A stretch of DNA of 64,000 bases from Rhodoglobus sp. (lineage in GTDB: Bacteria > Actinomycetota > Actinomycetes > Actinomycetales > Microbacteriaceae): contig OZ257254.1 in the NCBI GenBank assembly GCA_965279645.1, positions 362,781 through 426,780 of the forward strand, in the 5' to 3' direction. Made by a program: the position numbers and the translations under genes. The notes under the pieces were generated by a model. It saw only the letters and a list, made by a program, of their open reading frames with translations. It made no database searches and was not told where the DNA came from. The stretch's first letter is position 1. The number at the start of each line of letters is the position of its first letter. Positions 1 to 9,287 of the stretch are shown piece by piece.

Positions 1-1
1 G

Positions 2-592
2 CAGCCCGTCAATCGCGAGATCGCCGACGCCGTGCTCGATGGCCTTGACGGCCTCATCATCACGGGTGGCAAAGACGTAAACCCTGCGCGTTACGGCCAG
101 GACGCGCATCCCGAGACCGACGAGCCGCGACTCGATCGCGACGAGTGGGAAGACGTGCTGCTGACCGCGGCGATCGAGCGGGACCTGCCATTCCTCGGTA
201 TTTGTCGGGGCGCCCAGATGCTCAATGTGGCGCTCGGCGGCACGCTCGTGCAGCACCTGCCGGATGTGCTCGGCACGACGCGGTACAACCTCGGCGGTGG
301 GGAGTTTGCCGACAACCCCGTGATCGTCGACACCGACTCGACGCTGGGCTCGCTCATCGGTGATTCGATCGAGGTCAAGTCGTACCACCACCAGGCCATC
401 GACAGCGTGGCCGAGGGGCTTACCGTCACAGCGCGATCAGACGACGGGGTGATCCAGGCCGTCGAGCTCGCGGGCGCCACCTTCGGGCTCGGCGTGCAGT
501 GGCATCCGGAACAGGGCGCGGAAGAAGACGCGAAACTCTTTGCGGGGCTCGTGGACGCCGCGCGCGACTACCGCGAGAGGAAGCCATCATGA
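2..592 (+). CDS. Class I glutamine amidotransferase / gamma-glutamyl-gamma-aminobutyrate hydrolase (PuuD-like, peptidase C26), 5'-partial
   Basis: Frame is open from the window edge. Motifs LIITGGKDV, FLGICRGAQ (nucleophile Cys) and GVQWHPE (His-Glu of the triad). Confidence 0.9.
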   Translation, partial: QPVNREIADAVLDGLDGLIITGGKDVNPARYGQDAHPETDEPRLDRDEWEDVLLTAAIERDLPFLGICRGAQMLNVALGGTLVQHLPDVLGTTRYNLGGGEFADNPVIVDTDSTLGSLIGDSIEVKSYHHQAIDSVAEGLTVTARSDDGVIQAVELAGATFGLGVQWHPEQGAEEDAKLFAGLVDAARDYRERKPS

Positions 593-1956
593 CCTCGACC
601 ACCCTCATCAACCCGGCCGACGAGACCGAGTTCGAGACCGTAGAACACACCACGCTCGAGGGAGTGGATGACGCGGTCGCTCGTGCCCTTCACGTCCAGC
701 GCGCCTGGGCGGCGCTGCCTCCCGCCGCACGCGCCGAAGCGTTGCGCTCCTTCGCGACCGTGGTCGGGCGCCACATCGAAGATCTCGCGGCGCTCGAGGT
801 GATCAACTCCGGGCATCCCATCACGCAGGCTCGCTGGGAGGCGGGCCACGTGCGCGACGTGCTCAACTACTACTCGGCCGCACCCGAGCGCATGATCGGC
901 AAGCAGATCCCGGTGGCCGGTGGGCTGGATGTCACATTCCTCGAGCCGCTCGGCGTCGTGGGTGTCATCGTGCCGTGGAACTTTCCCATGACGATTGCGG
1001 CCTGGGGTTTCGCCCCGGCGCTCGCCGCGGGCAACGCGGTCGTGCTCAAGCCTGCCGAATGGACGCCGCTCACGGCGATCCGGCTGGGCGAGCTCGCGCT
1101 CGAGGCCGGCCTGCCAGAGGGGCTGTTCCAGGTGCTTCCGGGTAAGGGGTCGATCGTGGGCGAGCGCTTCGTGACCCACGAAGACGTGCGCAAGATCGTC
1201 TTCACAGGCTCAACAGAGGTGGGCAAGAAGGTGATGGCGGGGTGCGCCGAGCAGGTCAAGGCGGTGACGCTCGAGCTGGGGGGCAAGAGCGCCAACGTTG
1301 TCTTCGCCGATTCCGACCTGGAGAAGGCCGCCGCAACCGCGCCGTATGCGGTGTTCGAGAATGCCGGCCAGGACTGCTGCGCTCGCAGCCGCATTCTGGT
1401 GGAACGCAGCGCCTACGACCGCTTCATGGAGCTGCTCGAGCCCGCCGTCAAGGGCGTTGTCGTGGGCGCGCCGGGTGACCCGGCCACCGAGATGGGGCCA
1501 CTCGTGTCGAAGGCACACTTCGACTCGGTCACGTCGTATCAGCCTGACGACGCGGATGTCGCGTTCCGGGGCACGGCACCGACCGGACCGGGGTACTGGT
1601 TCGCGCCGACCGTCGTAACGCCCGCCTCGCGCACCGACCGTCGGGTCACCGACGAGATCTTCGGCCCGGTGGTGACGGTGCTGCCGTTCGACGACGAGGC
1701 CGACGCCATCCAGCTCGCCAACGCGAGCGTGTACGGGCTCAGCGGTTCGATCTTCACGCGTGACGTCGGGCGAGCCATCCGGGTCGCCCGCGGCATCGAG
1801 AGCGGCAATCTTTCGGTCAACTCGCACTCGAGCGTGCGCTACTCCACCCCGTTTGGCGGGTTCAAGCAGAGCGGCCTCGGTCGCGAGCTCGGGCCCGATG
1901 CTGCAACCGCCTTCACCGAAACCAAGAACGTCTTCATCAGTACGGAGCCCTCATGA
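589..1956 (+). CDS. NAD-dependent aldehyde dehydrogenase
   Basis: Motifs VPWNFP, FTGSTEVG, LELGGKS, GQDCCA, EIFGPV, PFGGFKQSG. ATG 589 overlaps the upstream stop (ATGA); the ORF-track start at 499 is an artefact. Confidence 0.95.
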   Translation: MTSTTLINPADETEFETVEHTTLEGVDDAVARALHVQRAWAALPPAARAEALRSFATVVGRHIEDLAALEVINSGHPITQARWEAGHVRDVLNYYSAAPERMIGKQIPVAGGLDVTFLEPLGVVGVIVPWNFPMTIAAWGFAPALAAGNAVVLKPAEWTPLTAIRLGELALEAGLPEGLFQVLPGKGSIVGERFVTHEDVRKIVFTGSTEVGKKVMAGCAEQVKAVTLELGGKSANVVFADSDLEKAAATAPYAVFENAGQDCCARSRILVERSAYDRFMELLEPAVKGVVVGAPGDPATEMGPLVSKAHFDSVTSYQPDDADVAFRGTAPTGPGYWFAPTVVTPASRTDRRVTDEIFGPVVTVLPFDDEADAIQLANASVYGLSGSIFTRDVGRAIRVARGIESGNLSVNSHSSVRYSTPFGGFKQSGLGRELGPDAATAFTETKNVFISTEPS

Positions 1957-2741
1957 GCATTGCCAAGATCGACCTCACCCAGCGCCTGGCCGGAAAGGTT
2001 GCCGTCATCACGGGCGGTGCCAGCGGGATCGGACTCGCAACCGCCCGGCGCTTCGCTGCCGAGGGTGCCACGGTTGTGATCGGCGATTTCAACGCCGAGA
2101 CCGGTGAGATCGCCGCAGCCGAGGTCGGCGGCCTGTTCGTGCAGGTGGATGTCACCGACGAGGCCCAGGTCAACAACCTGTTCGACACCGCGCAGTCCAC
2201 CTATGGCAGCGTCGATATCGCGTTCAACAATGCGGGCATCTCGCCCCCCGACGACGACTCGATCGAAACGACCGAGCTGCCCGCGTGGGATCGCGTGCAA
2301 GACGTGAACCTCAAGAGCGTCTACCTGTGCTCCCGCGCCGCCCTGCGCCACATGGTCGCCCAGCAGTCGGGATCGATCATCAACACGGCATCCTTTGTTG
2401 CGGTGATGGGGTCGGCGACGAGCCAGATCTCCTACACCGCCTCCAAGGGCGGCGTGCTCGCCATGACGAAAGAGCTCGGCGTGCAGTTTGCCCGCCAGGG
2501 CATTCGCGTCAACGCCCTGTGCCCCGGACCGGTCAACACGCCCCTGCTGCAAGAGCTCTTCGCGAAAGACCCCGAGCGCGCCCAGCGCCGACTCGTGCAC
2601 ATTCCCAAGGGCCGGTTTGCCGAACCCGAGGAGCTCGCCGCGGCCGTCGCGTTCCTCGCGAGCGACGACGCCTCGTTCATCACCGCCTCGACGTTCCTCG
2701 TCGACGGCGGCATCAGCTCCGCCTACGTGACTCCGCTGTAG
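1953..2741 (+). CDS. Short-chain dehydrogenase/reductase (3-oxoacyl-ACP reductase-like)
   Basis: TGGASGIG, NNAG, YTASKGG (YxxxK). ATGA-coupled to the ALDH. Confidence 0.93.
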   Translation: MSIAKIDLTQRLAGKVAVITGGASGIGLATARRFAAEGATVVIGDFNAETGEIAAAEVGGLFVQVDVTDEAQVNNLFDTAQSTYGSVDIAFNNAGISPPDDDSIETTELPAWDRVQDVNLKSVYLCSRAALRHMVAQQSGSIINTASFVAVMGSATSQISYTASKGGVLAMTKELGVQFARQGIRVNALCPGPVNTPLLQELFAKDPERAQRRLVHIPKGRFAEPEELAAAVAFLASDDASFITASTFLVDGGISSAYVTPL

Positions 2742-2746
2742 CCAGC

Positions 2747-3487
2747 ATGTCTGGGGCGGGGGAAGCGGATGCCACCTACGAAGGCTTAGCCGACGAGGTG
2801 CTCTTCCGACCCGTGCGCTCGGGCAACTCGTTTGAAGACACGGTCGCGCGGCTGCTGCAGACGATTCGCCTGGGTGTGGTGCAGCCGGGCGAGCCGCTGC
2901 CGGCCGAACGCGAGCTCGCGGCGCGGTTCTCGGTGAGTCGAGACACGGTGCGCGAGGCGATTCGATCGTTGTCGGATGCCGGCTACCTGGTGTCTCGTCG
3001 CGGCAGGTACGGGGGCACCTTCGTCAGTGACACCCTCCCCGACCCCGTGCCGATCGGCGAGCTCGTGCTCGACGCGGCAGAGATCGACGATGTGCTTGGG
3101 CTGCGCGAAATCCTCGAGGTCGGCGCTGCGCGAGCGGCCGCAGGCCGCGACCTCTCGGCGGCGGAGCGCGAGCAGTTGTGGACGCGCATGCGGGAGACAG
3201 CAGCGGCATCCGTCGACGACTACCGGCGCTTCGATTCCCGCCTGCACCTCACGATCGGGGAAGTCGTGGGAACCCCGTCGCTCGTCTCGCTCCTGGCCGA
3301 CAACCGCACGCGAGTCAATCAGCTTCTCGACGGAATTCCGCTGCTGGCCCGCAACATCGAGCACTCCAACCAGCAGCACGAAGACATCGTGGTTGCCATT
3401 CTCACGGGCAACGCCGACCGGGCTGCGGCGGCAATGACCGAGCACCTCGCGGGAAGCGCGGCCCTCTTGCGCGGCTTTCTCAGCTGA
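2747..3487 (+). CDS. GntR/FadR-family transcriptional regulator (FCD domain)
   Basis: LPAERELAARFSVSRDTVREAIRSL helix-turn-helix; C-terminal FCD-like HLTI...QHEDIV. Start re-picked at ATG 2747. Confidence 0.92.
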   Translation: MSGAGEADATYEGLADEVLFRPVRSGNSFEDTVARLLQTIRLGVVQPGEPLPAERELAARFSVSRDTVREAIRSLSDAGYLVSRRGRYGGTFVSDTLPDPVPIGELVLDAAEIDDVLGLREILEVGAARAAAGRDLSAAEREQLWTRMRETAAASVDDYRRFDSRLHLTIGEVVGTPSLVSLLADNRTRVNQLLDGIPLLARNIEHSNQQHEDIVVAILTGNADRAAAAMTEHLAGSAALLRGFLS

Positions 3488-3502
3488 GCTGGATCAGGCC
3501 GA

Positions 3503-3934
3503 TCACTTCGCTGCGTCGAGTATTTTCTGCAGGTTCTTGTCGCGAGTGGCGTCGGTCTTGGCGGCGCTCCACGGCTCAATGAGCGCGCGCTGGCGGGAGT
3601 ACGAGAGGCTCGTGAACTTCTCGAGTGAGCCTGCCGCAGTCAGAGCAGCGGATACCTCGGCGGGCAGGTCGACCGTGCGCGGAGCGTCATCCAGTTCGAG
3701 CGAAACCTCCACCGTGTCGCCCTTCGACACCCCCGAGGCCTTCTGGTTGTCGGCGCTGAACGCGATTCGGAACGCGCCTTTGTACCAGCTCACCGAGTTG
3801 CGGTAGGTGTAGCCGTTGATCGTCACGACCACGGGGTAACGCTTGGCGGGCCCGAGTTCGGCCATGCGCTCTTCGGGCACGGTGATGCCTATCGGGCCGT
3901 CACCCGAGTCAAGCGTGAGCTCGAATGTAACCAC
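3503..3934 (-). CDS. DUF1905 / YdeI-OmpD-associated domain protein
   Basis: RYPVVVTINGYTYRNSV and FTSLSYSRQRALIEPWSAAKTDATRDK match my recollection of this family. Confidence 0.75.
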   Translation of the reverse strand: MVTFELTLDSGDGPIGITVPEERMAELGPAKRYPVVVTINGYTYRNSVSWYKGAFRIAFSADNQKASGVSKGDTVEVSLELDDAPRTVDLPAEVSAALTAAGSLEKFTSLSYSRQRALIEPWSAAKTDATRDKNLQKILDAAK

Positions 3935-3935
3935 G

Positions 3936-4316
3936 TCAGGGCGTGGGGGGAGTCTTCGGCGTGCGGGGCTTGGTTGCCGGCTTGGTGGCGGGCTTCACGG
4001 CGGGAGCTGGCGCGGACGCTGCGGGCGCTGCGGGCGGTGCTGCGGCCGCAGGTGGGGGAGTAGGAGCCGCAGCTGCAGGTGCTGCAGGTGCTGCAGGTGC
4101 TGCGGGCGCCGCAGTCGGGGCCGGCGCGACCGGTTTCGGAGGCGTGTTCTTGTGCACGTAGATCTGAGCTGCCTTCGTCGCGACCAGCAGGAAGCGCACA
4201 AGGATAAAGATCAGGGCGACGGCGACGAGGAACAGGAAGATCGACACGAGGCCGCTCACGATGAATCCCACGACGTGCACAAAGCCCCCGCCGATTCCGG
4301 GACCGTAACCGATCAT
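3936..4316 (-). CDS. Small membrane protein with Pro/Ala-rich low-complexity tail
   Basis: One long hydrophobic segment followed by APA/KP repeats; GC-rich third codon positions; tightly packed between its neighbours. Confidence 0.65.
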   Translation of the reverse strand: MIGYGPGIGGGFVHVVGFIVSGLVSIFLFLVAVALIFILVRFLLVATKAAQIYVHKNTPPKPVAPAPTAAPAAPAAPAAPAAAAPTPPPAAAAPPAAPAASAPAPAVKPATKPATKPRTPKTPPTP

Positions 4317-4317
4317 G

Positions 4318-4509
4318 TCAGTCCTCCAGCTCGAGCGGGTCTTGCGAATCCTTGATGACCGTTCCCACGGCGATCGCCACGGCGAGGCCCCAGCTGATCC
4401 ACATCAGGATGAGGCGCCAGTCGCGAGGGCCGCTCGTGGTGGCCTTTACCACCCCGACGCCGCCGAACAGGGCACTCAGAATGCTTGTATTGAAGATGAA
4501 CCTTCGCAC
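4318..4509 (-). CDS. Small conserved-looking membrane protein (MRRFIFNTSILSALFGG...)
   Basis: GTG 4509 preceded by GGAGG; two hydrophobic stretches; first gene of a three-gene minus-strand run. Confidence 0.65.
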   Translation of the reverse strand: MRRFIFNTSILSALFGGVGVVKATTSGPRDWRLILMWISWGLAVAIAVGTVIKDSQDPLELED

Positions 4510-4563
4510 GTGATCCTCCCAGACCGTCACATCCACGCTACCAGCGGCTCGTTAGAGTGGAGT

Positions 4564-5727
4564 GTGAAATCTGCTGTTCTGGGTGGCGCACTGCTCGTCA
4601 TCGCTGCAGTTCTTATCGCAACCGGGGTTCTTCCACTGGCCGATGCCGCGGCCGTGGCCGATCGTGTCTGGCCGATCCTGCTGTTTGTCGTGGCGATCAC
4701 GGTCGTGACTGAGCTCGCAGCTGAGGCCGAGTTGTTCCGCGTGATCGCCGAGCGCGCGGCTCGCTGGGGACTCGGCCGCACGTGGTTGTTGTGGCTGCTC
4801 GTGGTGGCAATCGCCGTCGTGAGCACGGTGTTCCTCTCGCTCGACACGACGGCGGTGCTGCTCACCCCGGTCGTGGTGCTGCTGGCGCGCCATGTCGGGT
4901 TGCCGCCCCTCCCGTTCGCGCTCACCACCGTGTGGCTTGCGAACACCGCATCCCTGCTGCTGCCGGTGTCGAACCTCACGAACCTGCTCGCGCAGCACGA
5001 GCTGGGGGGCATCTCGCCGTTCGCCTTCGCTGCGCTCATGTGGGCTCCGGCAGTGGCGGCCATCATCGTTCCGCTCGGGGTGCTCGTCGTGGTGTACCGG
5101 CGGGAGCTCTTCACGACCTATGTTCCGGATGCACCGGCCGCGGCATCCGACCGCGTGCTCCTCATTGCGAGCGCCGTCGTGGTGGGGGCGCTGCTTCCCG
5201 CGCTGGTGTCGGGAGTGCCGGTGTGGATCCCCGCGGCAATCGGCGCCCTCGTACTCCTGGGCTTCTTTGTGGTGCGTCGACGCGCGGTGCTGAGATTCGG
5301 TCTCGTGCCGTGGCAGCTCGTGCTGCTGGCCGCGGGGCTGTTCCTGGTGGTGGAGTCCGCGCACTCCCTCGGCCTCGAGCAGCTGCTCGCCGCGTGGGTC
5401 GGCGACGGCGACGATCCCCTGAGCCTCGCGGCCCTCGCCGGGGCATCCGCAGCAGGAGCCAATGTCGTCAACAACCTGCCCGCTTATCTCGCGTTCGAGT
5501 CGATTGCGGGTAGCCCGATACGCATTGCGGCGGTGCTCATCGGCGTGAACGCAGGCTGCCTCATCACTCCGTGGGCTTCGCTCGCGACCTTGCTGTGGCA
5601 CACGCGCATGACGGCGATGGGAGTAGAGATCTCGTGGCTGAGATACGCGGCGCTCGGGCTTGTCGTTGCGCCGCTCACTGTTGTGATGGCGGTGCTGGCG
5701 CTCGTTGTGGTTAACGGAGGCTGGTAG
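4564..5727 (+). CDS. ArsB/NhaD/SLC13-family ion transporter permease
   Basis: Multi-TM protein with FLSLDTTAVLLTP, ANTASLLLPVSNLTNL, NVVNNLPA and IGVNAG..ITPWASLATLLW. Start re-picked at GTG 4564. Confidence 0.85.
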   Translation: MKSAVLGGALLVIAAVLIATGVLPLADAAAVADRVWPILLFVVAITVVTELAAEAELFRVIAERAARWGLGRTWLLWLLVVAIAVVSTVFLSLDTTAVLLTPVVVLLARHVGLPPLPFALTTVWLANTASLLLPVSNLTNLLAQHELGGISPFAFAALMWAPAVAAIIVPLGVLVVVYRRELFTTYVPDAPAAASDRVLLIASAVVVGALLPALVSGVPVWIPAAIGALVLLGFFVVRRRAVLRFGLVPWQLVLLAAGLFLVVESAHSLGLEQLLAAWVGDGDDPLSLAALAGASAAGANVVNNLPAYLAFESIAGSPIRIAAVLIGVNAGCLITPWASLATLLWHTRMTAMGVEISWLRYAALGLVVAPLTVVMAVLALVVVNGGW

Positions 5728-5736
5728 TTTCCTCTG

Positions 5737-5774
5737 AAACTGACCGATCGGACAGTTTCTGACCGATCGGTCAG
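5737..5774. promoter_or_regulatory. Tandem palindromic operator pair (probable TetR sites) upstream of the tetR-mmpL-yhgE operon
   Basis: AAACTGACCGATCGGACAGTTT (5737-5758, one mismatch from perfect) directly followed by the perfect palindrome CTGACCGATCGGTCAG (5759-5774); -10-like TAGCGT at 5776-5781. Confidence 0.75.
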
Positions 5775-5788
5775 CTAGCGTCGAAATC

Positions 5789-6352
5789 ATGTCATCGAGC
5801 CAGGAAGACCTCCGCGCCATCGCGCTCAACGAGTTTGCGCGCGCTGGATACGGTGCAACCTCGCTTCAGCACATCGCCGAGCTTGCCGGCCTCTCCAAAT
5901 CGAGCGTGCTCTACCACTACGCGTCGAAAGAGGCCCTGCTCGAGGCGGCCATCGGCCCCGCGATCGATCGCATGGCGACGATTCTCTCGGAGGCGAGCGT
6001 GGCGGGTCTCGCTGGCGAGAACCGCACGGCCTTTCTCGAGTCGTTCGTTGACCTGCTGCTCGACAACCGACTCGAGGTCAACCTCTTCATCAATCAGGGC
6101 CCGTCGCTCACCGACGTGCCCGTTATCGACAGGGCCAATGCGCTCGTCGTGGGTATCGCCGAGTTCTTCGCGACGAACGCCCAATCGCTCGAGGAGAAGA
6201 TGCGTTTCGGCATCGCCCTCGGCGGCGCGGCATACATGCTGTGCACCGTTACCACCCTCGACCTCGTCGATGGCGCAACACGTGATGAGACCAGGGCTGC
6301 TCTCATTCACATCCTGAGCGACCTGCTCACACCGGTATCCATCCCTCAATAA
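5789..6352 (+). CDS. TetR/AcrR-family transcriptional regulator
   Basis: GYGATSLQHIAELAGLSKSSVLYHYASKEALL helix-turn-helix. Confidence 0.95.
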   Translation: MSSSQEDLRAIALNEFARAGYGATSLQHIAELAGLSKSSVLYHYASKEALLEAAIGPAIDRMATILSEASVAGLAGENRTAFLESFVDLLLDNRLEVNLFINQGPSLTDVPVIDRANALVVGIAEFFATNAQSLEEKMRFGIALGGAAYMLCTVTTLDLVDGATRDETRAALIHILSDLLTPVSIPQ

Positions 6353-6386
6353 TTTCGACACGCTCGACCACCGGAAGGCCCCCATC

Positions 6387-9287
6387 GTGGCAACACTTCT
6401 TTACCGTCTAGGCCGTTTCTCGTTCCGCCACGCGTGGCGGGTCATCGCGGTGTGGATCGTGCTCCTGCTCGCGTCGCTCGGTGCCGGAATCGGCCTGGGC
6501 GGGCAGACCCAGGACTCCTTCGCCATTCCCGGCACGGAGTCTCAGGAGGCGCTCGATCGCCTCGAGGCGGTGTTCCCTTCGGTTGCGGGTGCTGCGGCTA
6601 CGGCAGTAGTGGTGGCTCCGGACGGTGAATCCATCGACGACCAGAAGGCGACCATCGAAGAGATGGTGACCGCGATCGAGGATGTACCGGGCATCGACTC
6701 AGTCGTCAGCCCCTTCAGCGAATACGCCGGCAACGCCATCAGCGAAGACGATTCGATGGCGATCATCCGCGTGCAGTTCGACGGGGCATCCACGGATGTC
6801 ACCGACGACACTCTCACCCAGCTGGTCGACACCGCCGAGATCGGCCGCGACGACGGGCTGGTTGTCGAGTTCGGTGGGCAGGTGTTCTCGGAGACGAGTG
6901 TGCCCCTCTCGATCACCGAGGTGTTCGGTGTGATCTTCGCCGGTGTTGTCTTGTTCATCACCTTCGGCTCCCTGCTCGCGGCGGGCATGCCGCTGCTGAG
7001 CGCGCTCGTGGGCGTCGGCATCGTGATGGGCGGCATCATGACGTACACGGCGTTCGCCACGGTCTCGAGCTCCGCGCCGCTGCTCGCGCTCATGATCGGC
7101 CTTGCCGTCGGAATCGACTACGCCCTCTTCATCCTGTCGAGGCATCGAACGCAGCTCGCGAGGGGTGAAGACCCCGAAGAATCGGCCGCGATGGCCGTGG
7201 GCACCGCCGGCAGCGCCGTCGTGTTCGCTGGCGTGACGGTCATCATCGCGCTGCTCGGCCTGCTCGTGGTCGGCATCCCGTTCCTCTCGGTGATGGGCGT
7301 CGGGGCGGCCGTCGCCGTGCTCATTGCGATCGGTGTCGCCACCACGCTGCTGCCCGCGCTGCTGGGCCTGGCGAAGGGGCGGCTCACGCCGAAGACCGGA
7401 TCCCGCGCCTGGCGGCGTGCGAACCCCGTCGAGGGCGACAAGAAGACCATGGGTATGCGCTGGGTGACCGGCGTGATGAAGCACCCGATCCTCGCGACCG
7501 TTGGTGTCGTCGCGATCCTCGGAACCCTCGCAATTCCCGCGGCGAGCCTCGACCTCAACCTTCCCGACGGCGGCTCGCAGCCGGCTGACTCGACACAGCG
7601 CAAGGCGTACGACCTGATCTCAGAGGGCTTCGGCCCCGGATACAACGGCCCGCTCGTCATTGCCGTCGACATCACCCAGACCATCACGATCATGGAAGAC
7701 CTCGACGCAATCCGGTCCCAGCTTCAGGGGCTCGACGACGTGGCCTACGTCTCGCAGGGCTTCCCGGATGAGGGACTCGACACGGCGATCCTGCAGGTCA
7801 CCCCGTCGAGTGGCCCCGCATCGGTCGAGACCAAGCAACTCGTTCAGACAATCCGCGATCTCGCGCCGTCAATCGAGGCGAAGTACGACACGCCCATCGC
7901 TGTGACGGGCACCACCGCTGTCGGCATCGACATCTCCAACCGCCTGACGAACGCCCTCGTGCCGTTCGGGTTGATCGTGGTGGGCCTCTCGATCGTGCTG
8001 CTCATGGCCGTGTTCCGGTCGGTGCTCGTGCCCATCAAGGCCGCGCTCGGCTTCCTGCTCTCGGTCGTCGCGTCGTTCGGTGTGGTCGTCGCGGTCTTCC
8101 AGTGGGGCTGGGCGAGCGAACTGCTCCACGTGCAGAACCCCGGTCCCATCCTGAGCTTCATGCCGATCATCCTCATGGCCGTGCTTTTCGGCTTGGCCAT
8201 GGACTACGAGGTCTTCCTCGTGAGCGGCATGCGCGAGGAGTTCGTGAAGACGGGCGATGCGAAGTTCGCCGTCAGTCACGGCTTCGCCAACGGCGCCCGC
8301 GTCGTCACGGCGGCCGCGCTCATCATGTTCTTCGTCTTCTTCGCCTTCGTGCCCGAGGGCAGCGACATGATCAAGCCGATCGCCCTGGGCCTCGCCGTGG
8401 GTATCGCCTTCGATGCGTTCCTCGTGCGGATGACGCTTGTGCCCGCGCTCATGACCCTGTTCGGCAAGGCCGCCTGGTGGATGCCCCGGTGGCTCGGCCG
8501 TCTGCTGCCCAACGTCGACATTGAGGGTGAGGAGCTGCGCAATCACAAGGCAGCCCTGGACTGGGCGACGTCGGAGGGACCCGTGGCGCTCAGCTCCGAG
8601 TACCTCATCGCGGGATCGCGTGAGCACGAGGTGGGCCCGCTGTCGGTCCTGGTTCCCCAGGGTGCCATCGTGATCGCGAGCGGTGATCCCACCGACCGCA
8701 GGCTCGTCGCCGCGACCCTGTCGGGACGCCTTGACCCCGTGTCGGGCCGAGCACAGGTTGCCGGGCATCCGCTGCCGTCGGAGGCCGCCCGCGTTCGATC
8801 GCTCGTCGCTCTCGCCGACGTCGGGGGAGCGCAGCGCACGGAAACGACCGTGACAATCGGCGAGCTTCTCGTGGAGCGCCTCGAGATGACGCTGCCCTGG
8901 TACAAGATCACCACGCGCAATCGCGCCGCCAACCGCTGGCTCGCCCGGGTGAACGCGACCCTGCCGGAGGTCACCGGTCGCGAGACCACCGAGGTGCGAC
9001 GCGATTCGACCCTCGTCGAGCTGCCCCAGCTGGAGCGTGCAGTCGCCTTGGCCTCGGTCGCCCTGGCGGAGCGCACCCCGGTTGTCATGCTCGATCAGCT
9101 CGACTCGTTCGCCAATCCCGAAGACGAAGCGGCCTTCATCGCCGCCGTCGCGAAGCTCGCACCAGCGACCACGACGATCGTTCTCGGTACGCCACTACCC
9201 GCACGGGCCCTCGATGCGCACAGCGATCGCGAGCTCGTCGAAATCGACCTCTACTCACTCAGCACTGAAGAAGGGCTCGTCCGATGA
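6387..9287 (+). CDS. MMPL (RND superfamily) transporter with a C-terminal degenerate ABC-ATPase-like extension
   Basis: GLAVGIDYALF, GLAMDYEVFL and AWWMPRWLGRLLPNVDIEGE MMPL motifs, then about 230 extra soluble residues. Confidence 0.92.
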   Translation: MATLLYRLGRFSFRHAWRVIAVWIVLLLASLGAGIGLGGQTQDSFAIPGTESQEALDRLEAVFPSVAGAAATAVVVAPDGESIDDQKATIEEMVTAIEDVPGIDSVVSPFSEYAGNAISEDDSMAIIRVQFDGASTDVTDDTLTQLVDTAEIGRDDGLVVEFGGQVFSETSVPLSITEVFGVIFAGVVLFITFGSLLAAGMPLLSALVGVGIVMGGIMTYTAFATVSSSAPLLALMIGLAVGIDYALFILSRHRTQLARGEDPEESAAMAVGTAGSAVVFAGVTVIIALLGLLVVGIPFLSVMGVGAAVAVLIAIGVATTLLPALLGLAKGRLTPKTGSRAWRRANPVEGDKKTMGMRWVTGVMKHPILATVGVVAILGTLAIPAASLDLNLPDGGSQPADSTQRKAYDLISEGFGPGYNGPLVIAVDITQTITIMEDLDAIRSQLQGLDDVAYVSQGFPDEGLDTAILQVTPSSGPASVETKQLVQTIRDLAPSIEAKYDTPIAVTGTTAVGIDISNRLTNALVPFGLIVVGLSIVLLMAVFRSVLVPIKAALGFLLSVVASFGVVVAVFQWGWASELLHVQNPGPILSFMPIILMAVLFGLAMDYEVFLVSGMREEFVKTGDAKFAVSHGFANGARVVTAAALIMFFVFFAFVPEGSDMIKPIALGLAVGIAFDAFLVRMTLVPALMTLFGKAAWWMPRWLGRLLPNVDIEGEELRNHKAALDWATSEGPVALSSEYLIAGSREHEVGPLSVLVPQGAIVIASGDPTDRRLVAATLSGRLDPVSGRAQVAGHPLPSEAARVRSLVALADVGGAQRTETTVTIGELLVERLEMTLPWYKITTRNRAANRWLARVNATLPEVTGRETTEVRRDSTLVELPQLERAVALASVALAERTPVVMLDQLDSFANPEDEAAFIAAVAKLAPATTTIVLGTPLPARALDAHSDRELVEIDLYSLSTEEGLVR

